A stretch of 64,000 nucleotides of DNA from Amphiscolops sp. MND2022. Taxonomy: Eukaryota. A program made the translations under genes and the position numbers. The notes under the pieces are model-generated. The model was not told where the DNA came from. It saw only the letters and a program-made list of their open reading frames with translations, and did no database searches. The DNA lies in the NCBI GenBank assembly GCA_964187785.1, contig OZ076419.1, positions 45,384,001 to 45,448,000 on the forward strand. Reading direction: 5' to 3'. Positions 38,035 to 51,299 of this stretch are shown here, one piece after another (positions within the stretch are counted from its first letter, which is position 1; each line of letters begins with the position of its first letter).

Positions 38035-38449
38035 AAGCAATTAGGCGATAAGTCTTCTTTTTGCAGTTTTCGCTACCTTTGGTAGCGTCTTCCCAATACA
38101 CGTCAAAGATGTACTATACTGCATCGAAGGTGTGTTTACCACCTGCTAACTTGAGTCTTTCATTGTGATAAGTTAATCTGTTTCGTTTTCGTTCATCTGC
38201 TGTCATGTCTGCTTCTGACCTCTTTTTTCTTTTTAAATCAAAATAGCAGAACTGAAAAAACGAGTGACGATTTGCCGATTTTCCACGTGGCTTGTTTAGC
38301 GTCCTTATTGTGTTATACAGTGGTGTCAGAGATCAATGAAACTACACTGACCTTAAAATGACGTCACCAAGACAAACATGAACGATCAAATGATGCTATT
38401 CAAAGTACCTACCAAGTCTGATATTTTGACAACACTTTTCGACCTTCAA

Positions 38450-41400
38450 AATTTTGCCGGAGTTCTCAGAATACCACGTAACCCATATATCACTTACTAG
38501 ACGTTCTCTCTGTTTTTACTACCGATCTGTTTACAACAACCAGTACACGGGGTGGTTTCACTCACTGCATCCTCTTCGTCAGTGCATCAAACAGCTAGAC
38601 GTTTTTCGTTTCCCAAATACATTAACCAAGGCTCAATTCTGACTGCTAAGTTGCAAATACATTTATCTCATCTCCAAAAGTTTATGAGCCCTATAATTAG
38701 AGTTTGTTGTGGACCCCAGCAGTTCGGAATTGGAATTTGGATGTCAGTTCTAGCGATTACATTTTGGCAGCAATTTTTGAAATAGCAACTGATACTTAGC
38801 AGCAGCGATGTTTCTAAATTTCTGCAGAGGGTGACTTCGCCTACTGGAGCGAGAAGTTTGAGTGCTACATGAATGGAACAAAATTGTGGCAGAAGTGGTT
38901 GAGCGACGTAGCTTCAAATGCTAATGAGAACTACAAAAATGAGACGAACTGGTGCAATGTTTGTACAAACGATCCATTACGATGTTTAAGTACGAGTGTG
39001 AAGCCGATGGCCCAGATGCATGGAAGTGACTGCAGGCGCACTTCTGAGGTTCAGAGTGTTGTAATGAACTTGCTGGAACGGCTCACGCCTCTCTCGTTGA
39101 AAGGGCCGAAACTCTGTTGTCTTCATTGGAGATTGCGGGAGGAAAAGATCGGAAACGAGTTAGGTTCTGTTGTTCTTAAAGGTTTACCTGATAGTTCCGA
39201 GTACTGTAAGACTTTTGAAATCTTCTCCGAAACTCCCTTCCATTTTCTGACCTAAAACATCCCGGAACACATTCGCAGACGTTTCTTTGTTTTGTGGTTC
39301 CGGCGATTCAAAGACTCATGAAATGATTTTGGATTCCGATTGTTCGTTTCATCTGTTTTGTGTCAAAGACAATGATGAATGTTCGAAAGCTTTTGTCAAT
39401 GTCAACAATAGTTTGTCTCCTGCGAGAGGCCATGTGTGGCTGAGGTCTATTTGAAAGACAAGCAGGGTGTTTCGCATGTCTTGAGTTCGTTTGTGTATGC
39501 CCGGGCATGCCCGTAACCTGTTGAGTGTACATGCGCTCACTCAGGAAGGTGCAAAATTGTCTTTGTTGATTTATGTGAGCTTCGTTGTTCTGAAAAATTT
39601 CTTTTTCCTTCTGATCGAAAAAAAGGCTTGTATGGTATCAATGATTTGTCTCATTGATCCTCAAACTTTGTTACTTCTAGTGGAGAGGACCTCTCCTTTG
39701 GCATTGCTGTTCCAGGCATTGATATAAAAAGATGCAGGAACTGGTTTACTTCGATGTTCGTGGTCCAATGGTAAAAGCTACGTTGTTAGTTTCATTGGTA
39801 GCTATAGTCGTTTTGCTCTTGCCTACTTCAAGACAATTGGCTCGGAAGTTTTGGCTGAGTTTCGTCAATTTTGTATCGATGAGGACGATCGGAAGACGTT
39901 CGCTTCTTTGATGTTGAGGTCTGATGGTGGTAAAGAGTATGACAAAAAGCCTTTGATGAGATTTGTGTTTCTCACGGAATCAAACGTGAAACGACCTTCC
40001 TTTGTTCGAATCATCAAGAAGGTAATGCCGACCGCAGATGGCAAACAATCAGAAACACGGCTCGATGTCTTCTGAAACAAGCTAAATTGCTTCACGCGTC
40101 TGGGTTATGGTTGTTGATGTTGCATTTTAATCGACCAAACGTTGCTTGAGTAGGAACTTGCCTTCTAAGAAAACACCTTTTGAGGTCCTCTATGGTCGAA
40201 TGCCTGACGTGCCGAAATTTAAATTTTTTGGTTGTTAAGCTTTTCGATTCGTAGAAGTTGCGGTCAAACTCGTCAGTGATCAAAAGAAGTATTTGTTGGA
40301 TATGGTCGGTCTCATGACTCGTGCTTCTTGTACAAGCCGGCAAAAGTAATAATGCACCTCTCTAGGAAAGTATGTTTTGTTGAAAAGGGGTTCGTTCGTG
40401 TCGAATTCAGTCGAAGGTGAAGTACGCGACTCTTACCTGAATCTGGAACGTTTTCCGATTTTGCCAAAGAAAAAGTGATCCTTGTTTTGAAGCAGTTTCT
40501 CCAAGTGTTGATAGGATTGAAACTCACGAAGGACCCAGCTCTAGTAAAATCAAGATAAGTATTCAAACTTCATAACGCGTAGTGGTCGCCAAATTAAACC
40601 TGTTGAAAGGTTTGGTCGTCCTATTGTTAGTTACCAAAGTGTTTGGTTTGTTGAATGTTTTGCATGCAATGTAAGTACCGAACTGTCTTGAAGGCAGTAA
40701 AAATTCTGAAGATCGAGATGAATGGTTCGAGAAAATAAAGAAAAAATTCGCTAGTTGGGAAAAAATAAGACTTGGGATTTTGTGATATTCTAGCCAGACC
40801 ATGAGAAGGTGTTGGGTGGCCTTTGGGTCTTTGCTTTAAGGTAAGATGGGAATTGTCAAAGGATCAAGTGTAAAGAACGCTTTGTCGCAAAAGTGTTCAA
40901 AGTGTAAAGAACGCTTTGTCGCAAAAGTGTTCAATGAAGATTTTTGTAGTGACTATCTGGACATGGTTTGCTCCTGTAGCAAAATTATCTTCAATAAGAT
41001 TGCTTCTTGCTATTTCAGTGCAATTCAGTTGCGAACGTCAATTTGATGTTTAGTACCGCGTATTTGAATACCGAATTAGAAGAGAATGTACACGTTGGCA
41101 ACCTCTTGGCTTTCAAGTTCAAGAGACAGTTCCACAATTGTCTGTAAATTTTTGAATGGACTCTACGGTTTGAAACAAGCTGGACGTTGCTGGAACCGGA
41201 CACTTGGTAATATCCTAAAAAGTTTCAGCCTAATCAGTTCTACCGCCGATATTTGTTGCTTTTCTAGATTCTATTCTGTTGGGACAAGTTGTACGTGTGC
41301 GTCTAGGGGACAAGTTGTACGTGTGCGTCTAGGTTGACAATAGAATGTACTTGTCGATATGTTTTAATTGAAGAGGTTTTTTCAAGGACTCTGTTTCGAA

Positions 41401-42196
41401 ATAGTTCTAGATTGAGGATAAAGAAAGTCTCATGAATTGCTTTTTAAGTGTTTCAGCTCTAGTCTTCTCAAACATCTACTTTCTGGAACTACTAGCCCAT
41501 TCTTGAAAATAGGATTATTCGATGTGACTTGCCAATGATAGCTAGCACTCATGTGGACAAAAGTTTTTGTCCTGAAAATGATTCCCCTTCTCACTAGGAA
41601 ATCTATAAAATTCCTGCACTTCATTCGTTGCTTGGTGGAAAGCTAAATTATCTTTCAGTTGCCTTTAACCCACACTTAGTTCTACTACACTTCTTTGATT
41701 CTAGTGCTTAAAAGCCCATATCAAGGCTATTGGCTTTGGTTATTAAAGATTGAAGATACCTCAAGGTACCTTTCATTTCAGGATTTTCGTTCAAGGGTTC
41801 CAAAGATTTCAAACTAGTTGGCTTTTGCAACTCTGACTGGGGAGGCGCCCTGAATGATAGGCGTTCAATCAGATTCATAGTTTTACAGTAACCGAGTTTA
41901 GTGGTTTTATTTGTTGGTCTTATCGTAAACAACAAACAGATGCTTTGTCTTCTACTGAGTTGCACTACATGAGTATTGCTCAGCTTCTCAAGAATGTGCT
42001 TACTTGTTGTCTTTTGTTCAGAGTTCAGCACTAGTTGTAAGAAGATCTGTTCTCCTCCACGGTGAACTCCTTCTGGTGTCACTGCATCCTCTTCGTCAAT
42101 GCATGAAAACAGCTAGACGTTTCTTCGTTTCCCAAATACTACTACTGCGATTTGATTTTAACTGTTCAGTCACAAATACATTTTTCTCAGTTAAAG
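38450..42196 (+). mobile_element. Heavily decayed second copia element
   Basis: Gag EGDFAYWSEKFECYM; integrase ELVYFDVRGP, LRSDGGKEY; RT LYGLKQAGRCW; RNase H LVGFCNSDWGG; LTR remnants ~38530-38679 and ~42070-42196; PBS-like GTTTATGAGCCC at 38680-38691. Confidence 0.8.
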
Positions 42197-43571
42197 ATCT
42201 TTTGTGTTTTTGTTATTTCGAGCTGTCTCCGAAATTTTGTAATGCTTTTGAGTATTCAATAGGGACTTATATGAATCAGATAGGGAACTCCACTTGTAAG
42301 AATTCATACTCTGGAACGACGTTTCTTTCGCACGCCCGTCGACTTGCTTCGTTCGGCATGCGTGCTTTCAGCTTTTTCTATGCCTATAAAAATTTAGAAT
42401 CCATGCATGAATGCAATATAGATCCAAGAAGTTCTTGGACCTATGTTACATCCATGCATGGAATTTATTATTTTATAAGCATAGAAAATGCTGGAAGCAC
42501 GCATTGAAAAGGTTTGTAAAATCTCCTTGCAATCTGCAAAATTCTCTGAGCACAATTGAAAAAGATCCCTGCAGTCCAGAAATTGTTCGAAGTAATCTAG
42601 GAAATTCAAAATTCTAGGTAATGTCGGGAAAGAGGGTTGAAAAGTTGACTTGAGACCTTGAAAACCTTGAAAATGAAAATTTCGGAAACGAAAACTTCAC
42701 CAAGCAGCTCCGAAAAACCTAATAAATTAGTTTTGCTACTCATAAAAGCATGTGAATTTTTCAAATTATTTCAACTAGGGTTGCGCAGAGGCGGCAAACT
42801 CTAGTGGAGCACCAAAGACTTTGACCTGGACCTAATGCGGTACTTAGTAAGGAGGTACTTTGCGATGTTTTCTATTCATTATCTTCGAAGCAGCAGTTGT
42901 TTCTGTACAAGGACAATTTCCGCTGAATCTTTTAAGACCTTCCATGGTTGAAACTGCTTGAACTTGTTACAAGTTTTTGTAGGTTACCAAGCTAATTTTT
43001 CATGATTTCACTTCATGATTTCACTTTTTATGGGGACTTCCATGCATTAAAGTTTCACTGATTCAATAGAATTTTATCAAGCTGCCTAAAGCTGCATCCT
43101 CAATTTGGCGGCAATTCCGAGACAAGTAGTTTTGGAAGTTTCATTAAGAAGCATTCCTCATTTTGAAAGCAGTTGTGACCTCAATGATTTTACCGCGATT
43201 TCAATGCAAAAAAACTTTGTTTACATTAAAGGTTTCAAAGTAGGGTCATATTCAGCGTGCTAATTGAATAACGCTGGTTACAAAAGGTTGTCACTTGAGA
43301 AACATACGCGTTAAAAAACAAAGTGCTCGCGGCGGTAAAGAGGTGAAAATTCAGTATTCAGTTTTAATTGGAATAGTGGAGGCTGCATTGTAATCGTACA
43401 AAATTTCTCCATGCGTGCTTTAAGTATTTTTATGTTTATCAAAAATTTAGAATGATCGCATTAATGCAACATGGAAAACATCCCGGCAGGTTCGACTAGG
43501 GCTGGCAAGATTCCAATAAATATTTGTCATCTTGGCAAGATTCCCTCTAAATCTTGACGATAATGCGAAGA

Positions 43572-44280
43572 TGATGTAACGACAAGCTCTCACCATTGTC
43601 ACCGTAACCATTAGAGTTCGAGGAACACAAGGTATGGGTATTTGCACGCGACAGGCGCCCATGACCTTGAGCTCATTTTGCCTCCTTCCGGTAAAAACTG
43701 TCCCGTCAGAGGAAGATTCCGCTTCTTGTGAAGTGCTCGCCGGCCTGCTTCAATCTTTAAATGCTGTCAGTAGCGCGAATTACGCTTTGCCATGGAAATT
43801 ATCACTTAGACAGCCTTTAAAAACGTTCCAAAAGGAAATTGTTAAGTTTTCGTTATTCAGTGTGACTTGGGGAATAATATCTAAAATTGCTAAACAAGAT
43901 CTAAAAATGTCAAAGTAGCCATAAACTTACAACAATGTACATCTACAGCGATCTCGTCCACAACAGCGATTTGGCAACATCAACATTCAGCTCGCAAGCT
44001 GGGGCACCACAGGCACAGATTTGTGAATTAGACGAGAAGACTCATTTTTACGGTTTTCGCTACTTAAGGTAGCATACTGCTGAAACCAAGGTTAGCACCT
44101 TCAAAAGAGTCTAATTTCAGTGGTTTTTGCATTCTCTGGCGTCTGTTCGGGCGGCTGGCCTTATGTTTTTTCTCGATCTTTGCTCTTGTTGTCGAAGTAC
44201 CTGCCAATTTCGTTGAAACAGCGAAAAGAGCAATCACATGCTCAGTGCTACGTCAAAGATCGAATTAGGAATTTCTGAAC
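43572..44280 (-). repeat. 3' LTR
   Basis: Direct repeat of 50557-51265, roughly 88-90% identical by eye. Confidence 0.85.
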
Positions 44281-45379
44281 TCCCCGGGCCTTAGGCATGA
44301 CGTCCCTGTCATGCAGAGAAGCTGGCATTGAAACATCTCCACATCATCTTTGCAATCCGCTGGGATCTCAGACTAGTGATGTTGCAAGGGTCCAGTTGCT
44401 CTATCATTTTTCGATGATTGGGCAACCTTGAGGTCTGGCTTCTTGGCCTCCAGAGAACCTGCATCGTCCACAAACTGTTGAAACAGAGCTAGCTCGAGAG
44501 CTAGAAAACAAGTACTCAAAAATGCACATTCAAACAAATCATAATCTTTAATCTGTTTATCAATCTAAGAGCATCATTTAATTGGCAAAAGTTTTCTGCA
44601 CTAAATTTGGATAGGATCCTGATAGCACTGATGTTTATGTGGTTTAGGAAAAAATTTTTGGAGCCCTGGGGCTCTCTCGCGCGGTTTCTCTCATTTTTTT
44701 TACGCCAGTAAAAATTCAGTTTGCAGAACAGTTAAAACTTGATTTCAGTAAAACTTCTTTTCAGCGGAAAAACCACTGTTTAAAAGGAAACAGGTAGTTT
44801 CTGATAATTTTTGTTCAAAGTTTGGCTAGGTTTGGGCAGCACGCACTGATGTGCAGCTCCATACCAAAACAAAAATCAGTAGCATCCGTTGAGGGGAGTA
44901 TGAAAGGCGTTTTATCAACTGAATGCTTGTGGGATTTAGCACTGCGACAAAAACAGACAAGATTCTGTAATTGAAAACTTCGGGGCTAATGAGCTCCAAT
45001 AAACAAGTTATTCCGTAGAAAAGCTACTGAATCAAAGGAAAATTGACATTGAAACTTCAAGGAGGATAACTATAGAGATATAGAAACTAAAGAAGAAACT
45101 AAAAAAAAGCATCTGGCCAAAGTTGCACTAACGAGGACGTTTATGTTTTTTTTTGTTTTTTTTTGTCAGGCCTCACTGATAGCCTTGAAAATGTTATATC
45201 AAATAAATTTTACGAGAAACAAAAAAAAGTTTTTATATCAAGCTGTGATTGTATACATCAGAATCGATTGAAAGTAATGTGCGGTAAGGATTTCATTACT
45301 TTAGATTGTGGCAAATTCCGTGGGTGGTCAGCGTGGAATGTAGAGAGTAAGAGTGTTGTCTGTCCATGGGACTCCCCGG

Positions 45380-47300
45380 ACCTTAGTCAACTCCCCGGGC
45401 CTTAATCGTTGAGCATTTGTTTTCATATGAGGATACCGAGGAATAGACAAACTTGAAGGCCCGACACAAAAATTGCAGAATGGTAAGTTGAGCTTTGACG
45501 ACACCTCCTCCCCCCTTGAAAAGAATTGGAGTGTAGGTCGGGTTGTGGATAGGCATCATTAATCGATAGCAGCAAGACATGCATGAAATATCAGGACATC
45601 CACTAAAGAAGAAACTTGAGGCTGGGTCTAACTCAAGACTGTGATAATTGTTCGGAGGACGGCCACGCCTATGTCCCTTCGGTCGATGTGACCCTGGTAA
45701 TAGACAAACTGGGCGTAGTGGACTGGACGGCCACGGCGACGTCCATCATGGTGGGATAGTAGCACTGTTTGCCATGATTGTTCACCGGAAGTGGGCGGTG
45801 GTCGACCACGTCTGTGTCCAGCTGGTCGGGTTTTAGCTGAACCACCAGGCAACCACGTCTTAAAGATTGGTGCGTCTACGGAAATAAAATCCTGCAGACC
45901 ATGTTTAGCAGAACGTGGCTCCTCAGATTCTTTCAACAAATACGGCAGCAACTTCGAAATTGATAATGGGGACTTTGTTCCAGGGAAGTGAGAGTTGCAA
46001 ACCGAATCCATCGCAGATGTCGATAGTTGGTCTTGAAGGAGGTTTGGTGTTGGTGCTGTTTCAGATTCCAACACAGCATCGGCAGATAGAATCTTCGTTC
46101 CGCAATTTGTTGCAGAGCAAGAAATTGGAGTTGAGGGTACCCTCTCCCCCTTCATTGATGAAGTGAAAGGTAAGGTTGTTATCAGTTCATCTTTCGTATC
46201 ACTTGAGCATGGATTGCCCTCGCGCAATCAATAATCAGCAAGGTGTAGTGTGTAAAAACACTGTGTCTATCCCCATGTCTTTTGTAAGCGGTCTCATTGG
46301 TTCTACTTCGCAGTCGTTTGGAATATTGATAGAGGCACTTTCGAAGTGTACTGCTGCACTTATCGACTGCAATTGCTCTAGCGCTCCAGCTAGTAATTTC
46401 TCTCTGCGTAGTCCGCTTTGTGCAAACAAGACTGATATCTCATCCATCTGCTGCTCCAGGGCCTCTAATAGTTGGTCCTGTTTCTGATAAATCTGAATAC
46501 TGGTTTTATGGTGAGAGGATCTTTTCGACGACGATACTGAACTAGGACTGGAAACCCTTTGCTCTTCTGCTGCTAGGTGGACTGAGACTTACATGTTATT
46601 GAGTATAGGAAATTGGAGACAATTTTGAAACTACCCTCCAAAGGACAATCTTCCACGTTCAGATCCTCTAACTTCGTCGATCGGAAATGTTCATCTCGCA
46701 TTTGGGATTCTTTTTGAGGTGGAACATCATGAACATCAATTGGTTGTGCTGCACTGACAACCTCGCCTCCTTTAAAAAAGGAACGGAGGCGCTGGAAGAC
46801 TGTCCAACGTTGCATTTCAGCTTTCGAGATTCCGAACTGCTTCACTAGCACCACTTGTATATCCAAATTCAGTGTCAGGGTCAAAGTCAAGAGAAGTTTT
46901 CAGCAATCACAGCGTGCTGAAAACTGTTCAACACTTTGCAAGCTGCTCAGTGGGCTAAAAAAATGTTGCTCTTTAGCAACTTCTTGCAGCCAAGTTGGAT
47001 AGTGCGCACCAAACAGACAGTCGAACGGTTTGTTGATCTCTCCAAATAGAGGCACCAGAGTTTTCACAAAGGTTTCACACTCGGGCAATCCGGTCAATAT
47101 ATTGTCACTAGGAGGTTGCTCCTCTCAAAATCTCGTGATTTTGGCTAAGTCGGAATCCTTAGGGTCTTTTTTGGATATCGAAGACCCTGCTCAGGCTCAC
47201 AGCGTAACATCAGAGGTTTTCTTTTGGAAAAATGTAGTCCAGAGTGCGTCGCAGGCATTTGAAACAGCTCAATTGGGCTTTTTAGGATCAAATTTCAAAG
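45380..47300 (-). pseudogene. Decayed cargo gene of unknown function, probable intron near 46590-46495
   Basis: Frames 47280-46573 (TGA-interrupted), then |GTAAGT ... tattcAG|IYQKQDQLLEALEQQMDE...; C-terminal part HYAQFVYYQGHIDRRD...PFCNFCVGP...LRPGE. Confidence 0.45.
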
Positions 47301-50300
47301 TCTCAGAGGAGTCCAAAATTTATGACCCCTGTCGGCAATTTTTTTGAACTGTGGGATTTTCCTCGTTTGCACCCAGGAAGGCCTACTAGGCCCCTTGGGT
47401 TAGAAAATGAAGGCTTTTGGTCTCTGCCTTCCGTATAGTGGGAGTACTGAGGTTTTATGTTTTCGTTTTTTTGACGGTTTTTCGGCATTTTGGCCAAAAT
47501 TCGTGTCTGGGCACAGTCAAATTCAGTTCTATCAGGCGTACTGGGTAAAAAATTGCACAGACCATTTGTTCAATTACACAAGTTGGAAAAATGACTTCCC
47601 GAGGCTGATAATTACCTCCAGCTACAAGCTAGAGAGTTTTTAACGATTTTTGAAATTTTCAAAAATTTTTGAAAACTACTCAAGTGGCTCGTACCAAGAC
47701 TGGAAACGTAAGATCGGGCTCAAAATAGGCCACGCGGCCCCACGTATAGCCAGGTACACTGTGACAATTACCAATTGGGGCTCAGACTATTGGATGAGTT
47801 GCAGATGCTGTACAGCCTTTCCGTATCACGGTGTCTTATGGGGACACAATTATTCACGTGCAACCAAAAACTCTTGTCCACAGTGATGAGCTCGCAAGCT
47901 CTCTTTTTCAACAACAGTGCACCAAACGACACTGACAACAATGGTCCAGAGCAATGTAGACCCAACGTTCCGAAGAGGTGCGGCGACAACTCCCAAAAAT
48001 GGTCCAACTCGTTATAGTACACAGGATATCACAACTGTAAGTAACAAGATGTTATGTCCCAGCAAAGTAGCACACTCGATAAAGGTCACAATTCTAACGT
48101 ACAGCAATAAATTCACGAATAGGAGTTCAGACAAGGGGTTTTCACAAGTTTCCAACACGTGAAACTGGGTTTTGTCCCACTTTCCCAGAATCACAATATG
48201 CACGTCTCAAGTTGGTGGAAATCTCTTCTAGGGTTCGTAGCAAGTTCAAATTCGCTCAAGCAGTTGTTACCAATCCACAAGCCCATAAAAAGAGTTTAGA
48301 TTAAAGCAACACCTTCGCTAAGACAAGCACGAGATGTTCACAACAAATTTTGAACTTTCTCGGAACGTTAAAAAAACACAAGTGGCGCGTATTCGTCCCT
48401 CAAGGGTCGGATCTGGCTCATGATTGACCAGGGGACCTTACAGGCACGTAGGTACACGGAATTGATCACTGATTTGGGCTCCGAGGCTTGTACACTGTTT
48501 CGCCTTGGTACAGACGTGCGGTACACCTATATCTCAGTAGGAATCAAAATGCACGCTTAATATACAATTTCTAAGCACCGGTATGAGTTAGCGGTTCGGT
48601 ATTCCCTTTAACAATGCACCAACTAGGACAAGTAACGATGGTGGGCTGCACTTTGTCATCACTTTTCGGCTAAGATTTCTAGGCGTTTCCAAAATTTTTC
48701 GAAAAATTTGCCTTTTTGCACCTCTTTTTGAGCAGTACGTTTTAGTTAATTTCTCAACAACTACTGCACCGATTGGCACGCAATTTGGTAGGCGCTGCCA
48801 GTGGGCACCAACAATGCTGGTTCAACGGTAGCTTTTCTAGGGTTTTGACTCAGTACAGACACTATTTCACCAAAAACAGTTTTTTTGACACTTTTTTCAC
48901 AAATTGGCTAAGAGGGTCGACACTACAAATGTTACGGCTGGCAAAAAAGGTCAACGTGTTGCCCCACTGGTCACAACACTCCCACAAGCCCTCAAATAGC
49001 CGTGCCTGTTAGGTATGAGGCACTGTCGGTCCTACAGTTTTGGAAACTTTCGGCCAAGTTAGCTCGTTCTGATGTCAAAACGTCAGAGAGCTTTTCTCGA
49101 TTTTGGTTAGCGCTAGGCTCACCAAATTTTCGGCAATAGCGTTTATTTTTATGGTGATTGCGCAAATGTAACTAATATTGGGCTAGGGTTTGGGAATCGA
49201 TGACCCGACCCTAATGATTGGACAGTCCGGTTTTGTGGAAATTTGGTCAAATTCAGTGCGTTTTTCAACTTTTCTCAGCGCTGAAAAGGAATTTTTTGAC
49301 GCAATTTTCACTCTTACACGTTATTTTTATCATATGACCAGAAAATGAGAGCTCGGAAGCTCCTAGCTAACCAAGAGACAGAGTGCCCAGGGGGTTTTAA
49401 TTGTGTACTCAGACACTCCTGAAACTGACTAAAAATCAAGGTTTTTCAATTTTTTCCTGTTACGAAAACGTAAAAATCTACTCAAACGTTAATTTCTGTA
49501 CCGTGGAAGGTGCTCCAAGCTTTTAGAAGCACTGAAGAGGCGACTGCAGTGCTATCCAGCATTCTTCCGGTAGCATTTCATAGTGGTTTTTTGTCAATAT
49601 CGCCATAAACCAGGTTTTTTCATACAAAATGCGTCCGAAAAGGGACTCCAACCCCTTTTCTGGTGGACAAAAGATTATGTAGCAGTACTCTACAGGTTTT
49701 GGGCTACTTGCCATACATTTTTGCAACTCTTGTGACTAATTCCTAGAGCGCTCGCGCTCGTACCAATAAAAACACTCAAAAATGCCAAAAATGACAATTT
49801 TGCTACTTTTGCACCCAAAATCGGACGTTTCTCACCGAAAACAGCTGCAAAAGCACACACTGAGTTACAACAAGAGAAAACTAGCATGAAAAGACGATTC
49901 CACTTCAAAAATACACAATCGAAACATTTTTTCATAGCATACTCCGAAAAACTGATATTTCTGGAATGAGGGGTGGTACTTTCGCCGTCCTTTTTCTCAA
50001 CACCCAGATCAGTTAGAGAGAAACGGATTGGACCGTCGTCAACATCAGCATTTGTTCTACTTTTCCACTAAATCCCATCCTCCTATGACGTCTGTAGCAG
50101 AAATGGGAAATGAGAGTCGGGAACACTCGTTTCAGCTCATCTATCAGTCGGATGGAATGTGGTTCAACCATCAAGTTCACCTCTCGTACAAAGGCGCAAA
50201 TCACTGAAAACAGCTAGAAAAACCTGTTAAACACCAGTAGTGACGTGCTACTGTCCACTACGCGTCTAAAAAGAGGACCCACTGATGGAAACCTTGCAAT

Positions 50301-50533
50301 TTCAGACGATATATGTCAACAAGTACCTTCTAACAAAGCATACCACAGGTACTCGGAAAAATCCCCTGAAAAACGGACGGAAAACCTGCCACAGCAAACT
50401 TGTCAATACATCAAACTTTAATAAATGAAGGAAAACTCTGCGTAAACATCTGCAACCAGAGCCAGGTCGTACTTGGCGTCAATCACCAGAGGGTCGGCTC
50501 TTTTAAAACGATTAAGGGAAGTTTTTCGAAGCG

Positions 50534-50551
50534 ATCCCTCTGTGGTCGCCA
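50534..50551 (-). other. PBS complementary to a tRNA 3' end, best resembling tRNA-Arg(TCG)
   Basis: TGGCGACCACAGAGGGAT on the minus strand, a few nt after the LTR end; equals tRNA-like ATCCCTCTGTGGTCG-CCA. Confidence 0.7.
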
Positions 50552-50556
50552 AAAAA

Positions 50557-51265
50557 TGATGTGTCTATGTAACGACAAGCTCTCACCATTGTCGCTGTAA
50601 CCATTAGATTTGGAGGAACACAAGATATGGGTATTTGCCCGGGACAGGCACCCGTGACCATGAGCTCATTTTGCCTCCTTCGTGTAAAAACTGTCCCGTC
50701 AGAGGAGGATTCCGCTTCTTGTGAAGTGCTCACCGGCCTGATCTAGTCTTTAATTGCAGTCAGTAGCGCGAATTACGCTCTGCCTTCACAATTATCACTT
50801 AGACAGCCTTTAAAAACGTCCCAAAAGGAAATTGTTAAATTTTCTTTATTCAGTGTGACTTGGGGAATAATATCTAAAATTGCTAAATAAGATCTAAAAC
50901 TGCCAAAGTAGCCATAAACTTACAACAATGTACATCTACAGCGATCTCGTTCACAACAGCGCTTTGGCAACATCCACATTCAGCTCTCATGCTTGGGCAC
51001 CACAGGCACAGATTTGTGAATTAGACGAGAAGACTCATTTTTACGGTTTTCGCTACTTAAGGTAGAATACTGCTGAAATCAAGGTTAGCACCTTCAAAAG
51101 AGTCTAATTTCAGTGGTTTTTGCATTCTCTGGCGTCTGTTCGGGCGGCTGGCCTTATTTTTTCTCGATCTTTGCTCTTGTTGTCGAAGTACCTGCCAATT
51201 TCGTTGAATTAGCGAAAAGAGCAATCACATGCTCAGTGCCACGTCAATGACAAAATTTCTGAACA
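50557..51265 (-). repeat. 5' LTR
   Basis: Begins TGTTCAGAAAT on the minus strand and ends ...ACATCA before the PBS. Confidence 0.85.
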
Positions 51266-51299
51266 TGTCACAATTCCAAAATCGGTTGATTTTGCTGTA

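Larger units (their letters stand above)
43572..51265 (-). mobile_element. LTR element without recognisable gag/pol (non-autonomous, cargo-carrying)
   Basis: ~710 bp LTRs at 43572-44280 and 50557-51265; PBS 50534-50551; CCCGGGGAG tract before the 3' LTR; no matching TSD found. Confidence 0.8.

Noticed and set aside
43567-51270. TSD for the second cargo LTR element
   Set aside because: The flanks GAAGA and TGTCA do not match, so single-insertion status is unproven.
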